From Perna viridis (taxonomy: Eukaryota), in contig CM074516.1 in NCBI GenBank assembly GCA_037379345.1, positions 28,830,001-28,894,000 on the forward strand: 64,000 bases of DNA. The letters are read 5' to 3'. Positions within the stretch are counted from its first letter, which is position 1. Each line of letters begins with the position of its first letter. Made by a program: the position numbers and the translations under genes. Below are positions 54,036 through 64,000 of this stretch, one piece after another. The notes under the pieces are model-generated. The model was not told the DNA's origin and did no database searches. It was given only the letters and a program-made list of their open reading frames with translations.

Positions 54036-54547
54036 TAGTGAAACATGTCAAAACCGAATCACTGTAAAATGAATGATTTGTTCGGTACACAGGTTAAAAA
54101 AGAAACTGAAATTAAAATGAAGGACTTTGGTTTACACAGGTTACCTGGTTACAGATAAGATCAATTTTAACCATTCAGGGTAGCTGTCAGAAGAGCCAGC
54201 TCAAGGATAGTTCTGAAAGTGTCATAAAAAAGTTCCATAGCCAGCTCTCCTGATAGTTTTGCAAGCAGAACCGGCTGTACGAGAATAGTTCTGCTACTAG
54301 ACCCAGCTATTCGAACAGTTCTAGCAGAGCCGGCTCCACGAGAAACAGTTCTAGCAGTAGAGCCAGCTCTACTAGTAGAGTCGGCCCTGGTAGAATTGTC
54401 AGACGAACTGGCTCTAGAACCGTCCGATAACTGTTATAAATCTGTCATAAAACTATTCTTCTGACAGATCTAGGATAGTTTTGTGAGATGTTAGAATTGA
54501 TCTCATCTGTATATATATCCAGGGTTCACTTTTGACTGGTTTCGCTG
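54036..54547. mobile_element. Older MITE interrupted by copy C
   Basis: Imperfect TIRs TAGTGAAACATGTCAAA (54036) and TTTGACTGGTTTCGCTG (ending 54547) enclose the 54152-54509 insertion; internal TACACAGGTT repeats. Confidence 0.55.
54152..54509 (+). mobile_element. TA-flanked MITE with internal tandem repeats, copy C
   Basis: TA|CAGATAAGATCAATTTTAAC ... GTTAGAATTGATCTCATCTG|TA TIRs; internal AGTTCTA/AGAGCCAGCT repeats; homologue at 58527-58900. Confidence 0.82.
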
Positions 54548-56951
54548 TTTATAAAAAGTCGACAACACTTTTGTCCTTACCCTCATTTTATTGAGGATTG
54601 AACAGACGGTAGACAGTCTACTATATAGGCTCTTTTTCCTAAAGCTCATGTGAGGTTTAAATTCAATATCTACATGTATTGAGAGATAAAAAGCATATAC
54701 ATGTAGATAATATAGTACATATATATCTTAATTGTTTTCGTTATATAATTAGCCTGATAATGACCTCCCCGTGGGCATTTATCTGCATTAACAGACCACA
54801 AGTATCTGTCAAGACCCTCCTTTAGTTCGGAATTGGAATATTTCATGTGCATGGGACACATTACACAAACCATAGCTATGCAAATGACCTACTTGATAGG
54901 TCAGTCAATCTATCTATGCTTTATAACGTTGAGTGTTTTTACCGATAATAAAAGTTCCAGTTTTGTTGTTGAAATATTGAACCTTTACTTTGTTTAAAAT
55001 TCCAGCGTTTATCTTTTCTTTCACAAAATTCCGTAGTACGTTTAAACATAACAGAATAGTAAATTCTTCTGAGACAATGGAAATATCTTGTAAAAAATAT
55101 TGATAACTTTAATTAGTGTAAAAATCTAACTATTTGGCAAAAATACAAAGAATGCGTGTTATGACAACTATTCCGTTCATTATTTGTAATTGTTAGTATT
55201 TGTACAACGTCGACAGAGATACTCCTCCAAAAAACAACAAATATTGATAAACAGGTGTGTCCGGACGGTGTATACAGAGAGAAGCGTATATATTACATGT
55301 AACGTAAAAATGACAAACAAATTTTTCTATTAAAGCTGAAAAATACATTGATAGCGCACAAGTATATATACATAGGGTGATAGTAAATCAAAATGATATG
55401 TTCAATGTACCATTTGTTTTGTTTTTTGCCCCAACTAGTACAAATACATAAGTAGTTCAATACGATATCATGATGCTGGATGCAATTACATTAATACAAT
55501 GTGTATAGTATGCGTTTTCAAGGTTTTTTTTTAATTGTTAAGGAGTTCAAATGTGGACTGGAAATATTAGAAATTCCAGTCTAGAATATTGTAGACTAAA
55601 ATAATAAGGAATCGAATGTCGTTACAAACCAGGCGACTTATGTCTCCGGTTTAATATTTCACACCGTATCTGTACGTAGAATTTTGCACGTGTCATAAAT
55701 GGCAGCACCATTACATCAAAATTGCATGAAGTTGTTATAGAAATAAGACCACATTCTGTCAATTGTCTCCAGTTCAAAACTAAATACTATACATTTGTGA
55801 AATAATAGGGAAAGTGATCTAAGAACGAGAATTATAGCTGTCCCTTTTCAGTTTCTTACATATGCCTTTAACGAGTTACTATGAGTGCTAAAGTAATGAT
55901 TTTATCCCCGCCATACTTGTTTTGAGTATATTTACAAACTGTAGTAATCGAAAAACGTGAATGAAGTCAGGAGAAAAAAAGTGAAAACTTAGGTATGCTT
56001 TTGTTTACTTATACGATTACTTCCACCCAATTTTTAATGACTTAATAACGGCAAAATTTTTATGTAAATAAGAAATGCAAATATTGATTTTACATATAAT
56101 TTTCGTAATAAAATGGGAGTGATCTGAATTTTTTATTGAGGATACACTCCCTTTTAATCAAACATAGCGGAGCACTTTTAAAAGTAGAATTCTCTTGCCT
56201 TCTTAGTCTGTAGGATAAAAGTTGAATGAAATTCGATCTTGACATTTCAATCAAAATGTTTTGATTTATATTTAGAAACCTTTGACTTTTGTATGCAGTT
56301 CTCGAGTTGGTATTACAAAAGTCGAATTGTCGTTATGAATATGTCTATTTGAACGAACGAACTTGACACGAATCTTAATAAGGAATACATTGGTAGACTC
56401 AATACAGTGCTACAGTGCACTTATAACAAGACATAATGACTTTTTAATGGTTGTTCCGTTGGCGAGAAAAATATATTCACATACGATTAGAGATACAAAT
56501 ACCTTAGAGGGCATTTTGACCACCTGACTTCTAAATCACCTCAGACATTCCCCAATTAAAGATGTTCGCTTTTCATTTCCGAAATATTCTTGGCCAATAT
56601 GCTAAACAATGCGCTTAATCTGGTATGCCTGTACTAAAAATAAAAAATAGTTCGATCTTCTGTAAGGAAAGTAATGCAAGTTGCTATCATAGTTTAATTG
56701 AATTACATGAAAAAATATTCCCCGCCATTTTTTACTAAATATCACACTATTTTAATTTTTTATCTCCCCTCCTTAACTACTTTTAATTAGTTTTCAAATC
56801 ACTTATGAAACATACTGAATTTTTAACTTAAGATATCTACAGAGTTACATTTGTGCAATCAATCAACTGCACCATTCTTGGCTAACCTGTACTTAAATAT
56901 ACAGCTACATTGTACATCATTGGTTATAAAAAGGTACTAGTTAGTGAGAAT

Positions 56952-57029
56952 GTGAACATGTATTCAGAGAGTGAACATGTATTCAGAGAGTGGACATGTA
57001 TTCAGAGAGTGAACATGTATTCAGAGAGT
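56952..57029. repeat. 19 bp tandem repeat x4
   Basis: GTGAACATGTATTCAGAGA repeated four times with one substitution. Confidence 0.93.
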
Positions 57030-58317
57030 TAAATATGCTTCAAATAATTCTTTTACCAGATTTTTTTCTTTCGCTTTCTGCATACCTTAAGAACAAGAAC
57101 GTGTATATTAGAGGATTTTGAACAAGGAAACAATAATGCTGAAATCGTTTCTTGACTTTGGACAACTGCAAATAGACAGAAGATATACAGCTAGCATCAC
57201 ACTTAGTTGACACTTGAAAAAGGGAGACCATTTCCAAATCTTAAAGGATCCTTTCTGAATAAAAGACTGACCATGAACCTAAGACGTTTTATCTATGTGA
57301 TATAGTATATTATACCTATATAAGGCTTTCTTGGATAAGGACAACTATTTAATTACGGACAATTATCGATGTATGTCCATAAAGGTCAAATCGCGACATG
57401 TTTTGTATACTAAGCCCTAATTCAAAGGTACCATATATTCACATAAGAAATGCCAATATTTGTTTGATCCCTGAGTAAAGAATTGACTTCAGTGTTATGA
57501 TAAGGACTATATAGGCACTTATTCCTTCTGATAACCTATTGATCAAGAACACTCTAAAGTGGTTGTTAATCACTACATATCTAAATCATATAAAATATTT
57601 TGAATGGCGATCTGTAGAGAGATATTTATACTACTTTATTGTCACAATCCCCATATTCAATGTCAAGGTGTAGTAGGTATATGGGAGCTTCTGATAAACG
57701 ACGGAGAATATAATATATATCGCCTTGAACGTATCGTCATCTCAGCCCTATGTTAGGTCAGAAAAGTAAAATGTAACATGGTCAAACTTTTCAATGTTCG
57801 TATAATAAAGAAAATGGGTATACATTAAAAATAAGTAGTTCTGGGTGGTTTCTTATGCACGGGTGTAATTGCATAGCATAATGTATATGTTGTAAATCGT
57901 CGTTGCTTGGGCAATAAATAAGAAGAAAAGTTTTTACCACTTTATTAGTTCATTGAGAATCATCATGTATATTAGTATTAGAATACAATTGCATACCCTG
58001 CAATTTACACAAATATGTAAACATGTAAAGTGTTAAAAATCATTTTAATTTTTTAATATTTCGATTTATTAAACAAGTATCTTGTGCATTGATGTATACT
58101 AGCTGTCCCGTCTCGCGCAGATCCTTGACTTGATATTACGCACTTTTTTCTAAGAAAAAAAAAGAGTAATAAAAATCAAAACCAAACTGATAAATAAGAT
58201 CAAATAGTACTAATACTTAGTGCATTTCCTGTGACGGGTTGAGGACTACGTGTACAAAAATGTACTAGTATTCCAACCTGAAATGGATTGAGAAACAAGA
58301 GTAATACTAATACTTTT

Positions 58318-58378
58318 CGTTACAGGGACTATACAAGTACATACACGTTACAGGGACTATACAAGTACATACACGTTA
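58318..58378. repeat. 28 bp tandem duplication
   Basis: CGTTACAGGGACTATACAAGTACATACA x2. Confidence 0.9.
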
Positions 58379-58526
58379 ACACACGTGAATATTTGATATA
58401 GAGAATAAAGGAATAAAAGTAAAACAGAAAGATCAATGTCAAAAGAACTAAGAATGGAGGTTATATGTATATACAATTTTATATCTTCCTCGGGGACTGA
58501 GCTTAATTTCCATCTTCTTTCATGTA

Positions 58527-58900
58527 CAAATAAGATCAGTTCTTGCCTCTCAGGAAAACTGTCAGAAAAGCCGGCCTTGTGACAGTTCTAAAACGTGTCA
58601 TATAACAGTTCTACTAGCAGAACCGGCTCTACGAGAACAGTTCTACTACTAGAGCTAGCTTTTATGACAGTTCTACTAGCAGAACCGGGTCTACGAGAAC
58701 AGTTCTACTACTAGAGCCAGCTGTTCTAACAGTTCTGGCAGGGCTGGTTCTATGAGAACAGTTCTACTAGTAGAGCCATCCCTTACAGAACAGTTCTACC
58801 AGTAGAGTTGGCTGTGCTAAAACTGTCAGAAGAACTGTCTGAGAACTGTTCTTTTGGCAGTTCTAGTACAGTTTTGTGAGGTTAGAGCTGATCTCATCTG
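58527..58900 (+). mobile_element. TA-flanked MITE with internal tandem repeats, copy D
   Basis: TA|CAAATAAGATCAGTTCT ... AGAGCTGATCTCATCTG|TA; internal ~31-33 bp ACAGTTCTACTA units; same family and orientation as 54152-54509. Confidence 0.82.
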
Positions 58901-61900
58901 TATGCCTCAATCGCTCGGGTCTCGGGCAATTAAGTTAATCTCCAATGGATCTTCAACTGATAAATGTGTACACATTCACATGCACATCTGATTTTATTAA
59001 CAGCAAAGCAGACAACAAAATGGTCTTCAATAAAAATGTCAATAGCCCTACATGCATTGATTTAGGACTAATGTTTTCCAATCTGTGATAAATTGTGGAC
59101 TAAGTGCATTTCCTGTGACGGGTTGAGGACTACGTGTACAAAAATGTACTAAAATTCCAACCTGAAATGCATTGAGAAACAAGAGTAATACTCCAATCTG
59201 TGAGTACTTGCACAACTGCACCTTTTTAGACCAAATTTGTTTCGACTTTCACAAAAAATCGTAACAAAGAACCCGTTCATTATATCTACACATAGTTTCA
59301 CAACTTTTTCCATTCAAGGAGTTTCTATTGTCACAAATAAAATGTACATGATAAAGAAAATTTATATTAAACATCAAATTAGACCGAAGAACTTAATAAA
59401 AATGTGTCAAAATTAATATTGAAGGTACTTGGTTGATATTTTCTGAAATATATAGATATAAAGTTACAAATTATTTTGATGTACATATGACATAAAGTTT
59501 GAAATCGACAAAATTTGGATCTCAGATAACCTTATCATTTTGAATGAAAATTCTCTGCAAGCTTATAATAATTTTGGTTTTGCGTGCAAATATCAACATA
59601 CGCAAATTTTGAATAGCTCGTTTCTATGAAATTTAGTTTTGATTTTACAAGTAAAAGTCGTATGATTTGTCAGATTAAGGTCGAATTCAGTTAAAAGAAT
59701 TGAAAGAAATAAACTACATATTTAGGTTAAATCAATATTTTAAAACATGGTTACCATATTAGCTGTCGCTCTTGTAGAATTTAACGGATTTACTTATAAT
59801 ATGATAGGGTCTAACCTATATAACATTTCATTGATTTCGGGTTATTTATCTTTAAGGTTTGATGAAATATGTGAGCTAGTAAGCGATTATCTTAATATTG
59901 TCATGCTGTGGAACATACTTACTGTCATTCGTTACGTCTTAGATGTTTTGGCAGCGATCGAGTGCTTCTATTTTAATGTTCTATTGAAAAGTATGTAGGG
60001 TTACTTTGATCTGATGAAGTTAACAGGAAATCTCCAGAACCAGACAAATACATTCGTACAAACTTCGATCTTTTTCTCAACCTGTCCTGCCAGTAACACA
60101 AGACTGTCTTACAGTATAGTCATCGCGCTTAGTTCTTTCAAAGAATTCAGGATCAGTTTAACCCCCTCCTCGCCCTGTGCGAGTAACCTGAACTATTGGA
60201 TATAAACACTTAATTAATACCAGTAAATGATATTAAAAAATATTTATATGAAGTTGAGAAATGGAAAGAACTACTTCTGTTTTTTTTTCCATTTTCTTAA
60301 CATCACGTGTTGCGGTGAAGTTTAAAGAATTTGAAATATATATATTGGCCTGGCCTAAAGACTATCATAATTTAAAACCAATAGCACATCAATTCGAGGC
60401 TTGATCTTAAAATATTTGCTGAATCAGTATGTCCTTATTCTAGATCATGTAACAGGTGAGAATGCAGGTGAAATATGTTTTACCTAATGTGCGAACACTT
60501 TGATGTCCACAGCGGATGTAAATATGTAATTAGAAATAGATATATTTGGATAATTTGACTTATTTGGAAAATACTAATTTCATTCAACATTTCAAATTTA
60601 ACCAAAATTACATTTTGCAATTAATACGCACGCTCCTAACAAAGAATTGAATTAGAGAGTTATTTCTTTCAAAAATTTCAATGCAATTTTACTATTTGTG
60701 CAAAGCAGCATGTATACTAGTACGTGATGATAATCTCATAAGGCACTGAGGCTCGTGGCAAATGAGAAGAAAAAAAAAACATGAACAAATATTACTGTAA
60801 AAATGGAAGCTAAAATATTTTTGTCAATCTATGCAGGAAGACATTTACATGACTGATAACTTAGATTTCAAATGTACTAAATCAGACTTAATCAGATACG
60901 AGAAGCCAGTCTTAAGTAAGCCAATTGATTCATTTGTATAAAATATGCACAAAAAGCAATTGAGACAGGATATGGGCCCGAGAAACTCTTTAAAATGAAT
61001 TGATAAATAGCACTTATGACTTTTACCTTCTTCGCTAAACAAACAAAAGGTGGTTTCAATTTGTAAATTCCAACACACAAAATATACAAAATACTTCAAC
61101 TCAATAGAGATACATTAGATTTTTATGTCAAGAGGTTTTGCGTTATCCATAATTGTTTGATTTTTGTTGACAAGGTTTTAACTACATCCCGTTTCTATTC
61201 AAAATTCATAAATATACATAGTCGTTTAAAGTGACAAATATTTATAAATTGTTTCAAATAAAAGGCGAAATGAAGAAAATGGAATTCAAAATTTGATTCC
61301 GATATCGAGTTGATGGTGCTTATGCTTTTACCAGCATTGATATAGATTTTAAGAAAATAACGAAAGTACGTGTCAGGTGTGTGTTTTTTTTTAAATACAC
61401 CACGGACATTACAGCCATTGAAATATTTAAATAAGTGTAAGCACTTATGTAAACACATCGCATTATTTTTAATGACTACGTCTTTCACAGTCTTCCATTT
61501 TCTTGTAAAACCATAATAATAATAGATGCTATGTGACAACAGCAAAAACACAAGACTACACACATTGACAAATGTATCCACATTTAACAGGCAAACGACG
61601 AGAACGTAAAAATGTGCCATTTCAAAGGAAAATTGAATTTAATTCGTATTTTTGTAAACCAGAGTCCTCCCTCTTTTCAGGACACAACATCGCCTCGGGT
61701 AGTAGTATATTTTCAATGTACAAGACAATCCGCCGTCTTAAAATTATCGTACCGTTTTATCGAAGGAATATAAAGCTATTTAAATGCATGATAAAACAGA
61801 GACATGGATGATATCCAGATGAACCAACGGCACTAAGAGCAAATTACCGACCTAGATACAGATATATTAAGAACGTCTTCAATACTAGCTACATGTAAGT

Positions 61901-62785
61901 TTTGAAAGGCACCAAGAGCAATTACCGATCTAAATACAGACATATAAAGCACGTCGTCAATGCTAACTAAATTTTTGAAAGTCTTGAACTTGCAGTCAAG
62001 ATGTACTGTATTCTTCCCAGTCTTACCAAATAATAACAATAGAAAAGAAATAAAGCAAACTTCTGAACAGTGGTCCTAATACAGTGTACGCGATAAATCG
62101 ATTATACACCTATTATCCGTTAGAAAACGTTAGAATGTTTAGTTAGTATTTTACCACGATACATGTGTGTGGCCCCTTACGAAAAGTATCAAAGTATCAA
62201 GATTGTCAAATACCTCAGTTTTATTTTCTTTAAGAGAAGAACAACGGTTCTTATGGAGTAAATATTTGAACACAATCCCAATCTTTGCACAAAACCGATA
62301 CGATTTATAGAAAGTGTTGACAAATTATAAAGAAATCAGATTAAAATGTTCTTTGACAGATTTGACATCAATCATATCAGCCGTCAGGACGGGATAGGTT
62401 TATTTAAGTTCAGATTATTCTACGGGTCATCATAGTCCTATTCTAGTCCAATGTTTTCATAATCATAAAATATTGAATAGTTTTATGCATACCGATACTG
62501 CTTATGAATATATATATCACCATAAAAACTTAGTGATAGAAATTTTCATAAAATTTCCCCAATTTAAATCTACTGATCGATATTTTAATCAGGGGTCATT
62601 CTCCGCAATTTGATTTGGTGGAAAAATCTAATAAGTAAAGATAAATATATGGGAAATGAATCACGGAAAATTGAAACAGTTTTCGCCTACCAAATTGGAA
62701 CTTAACCATGTCAAATCTAATAAATCTAATAGAATTAATGGAACGGGAAAAAGTACAATTACATTTAATAAAATGAATGTAAGAA

Positions 62786-62988
62786 TGTTTGTTTGTTTGT
62801 TGGGGTTTAACGTCCGAGCAGCATTATTTCAGCTATATTCAGACGATGAACATGAAATGATGATGAAATGAAAAAGGAATGGGACACAAGGACAATGGGG
62901 TCGAAAAAATTTGATTGCCACTGGAAATAGGGAGAGGTGGGTAGGGTCGGGCAATTTAGCCTCCTGTGGCGGAGCCCTATGGTTCCTA
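62786..62988 (-). mobile_element. 5'-truncated (~200 bp) copy of the 530 bp retroposon
   Basis: Matches the 3' part of copies 1 and 2, from TAGGAACCATAGGGCTCCGCC to the (CAAA)n tail; no clear TSD. Confidence 0.9.
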
Positions 62989-64000
62989 ATGTGAAAGGTA
63001 AAATAATTCTATTATTAACAACAGAAACAGTATATTCTACAAATGTATATAACAGTCAACGGAATGATTAAAGAACAAAATCATAAGTAACCATATAATT
63101 CAGTTATGATGGCCTACATTTGTCTTGTCTCTAAACTAGATCATCAAGCACACAGAAAATACAAAATAACATCTCATTTTAATATAAAGTATATAAGAGT
63201 TAGTTATGAAATACTGTAAAATATATATGGTAACAAATTGGAATTAATTGAATGACTTAGTTAATGAGTATTCGAGTTTGTCTATGCCGTGAACAGGATA
63301 CTGATGAAAAAATATTAACATAATTTAAAAAGATACTCTTGTAGCTAAGCCAGTAAAACTATTATTTGGGTTTTTGAGCTATTCGTGATTTACGGGGGGT
63401 ACTGAAGACAAGTGTCACCAGATGGAAGAACTAATTTTAAAGCCGTAAACATTGTTTAAGGCACCCAGAGTGTTATGCAGTTTTTTCTTAGATGGTCTTG
63501 ATAACTATTTGGGTTTGGTATTTGAATTACTATTTTTCTTTTCGTAGGACATTATTTTCACTTCGAATAAAAGACTTTGTATAACTGAGGTATTCTTTTA
63601 TTCCTATTATCAAATATTCTAAATGCAAAGAAATGAGTCCAGTTGAACGGTTCAAATTATATATTATTATCATATTTTTGCATGTACAATGCTACATTCC
63701 CTGCATTACAAACCCAAAAATTAACATGTAGTTGCGGATCCCTAATGGTTCTTGCTACTATACATTACTATATATACACAAATATATGTACCATATACGT
63801 GCGTAAAATTGTATACTTATTCAACGTTACAAATATAGTATTCTTATCAAATCCTTAATTAAATGGAATCCGAAACTGGATATACAATGCAATTAAGCAA
63901 TTTATGTAGCATTGATCACTGATTTTATTGTTTCTAAGAACCTGTTTTATTTTAATCTTTTAGCTTTGGTTATAATCATTTTTGTTTCCATACGATATTT

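Overview
AT-rich eukaryotic genomic DNA, probably from a bivalve mollusc (inferred from the repeat types). The only supportable protein-coding gene is a five-exon cyclin D on the minus strand: CDS join of 7720-7526, 6209-5994, 5508-5349, 5092-4962 and 4480-4301, 293 aa, with an LxCxE motif, cyclin box and C-terminal TPTDV degron. It has a probable ~2 kb 3' UTR and a compact promoter. The ~56 kb upstream has no recognisable gene and is filled with non-autonomous mobile elements and tandem repeats. Two RNA-structure signals stand out. (1) A ~530 bp retroposed element present in four copies (three with clear target-site duplications) has no tRNA head and instead begins with a predicted pseudoknot plus stem-loop that I cannot assign to a known ribozyme class. 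(2) A minimal type I hammerhead ribozyme, probably from a Penelope-like element, sits inside a perfect 29 bp inverted repeat ~3 kb upstream of the cyclin D start. All structures were read by eye; no folding or database searches were run.
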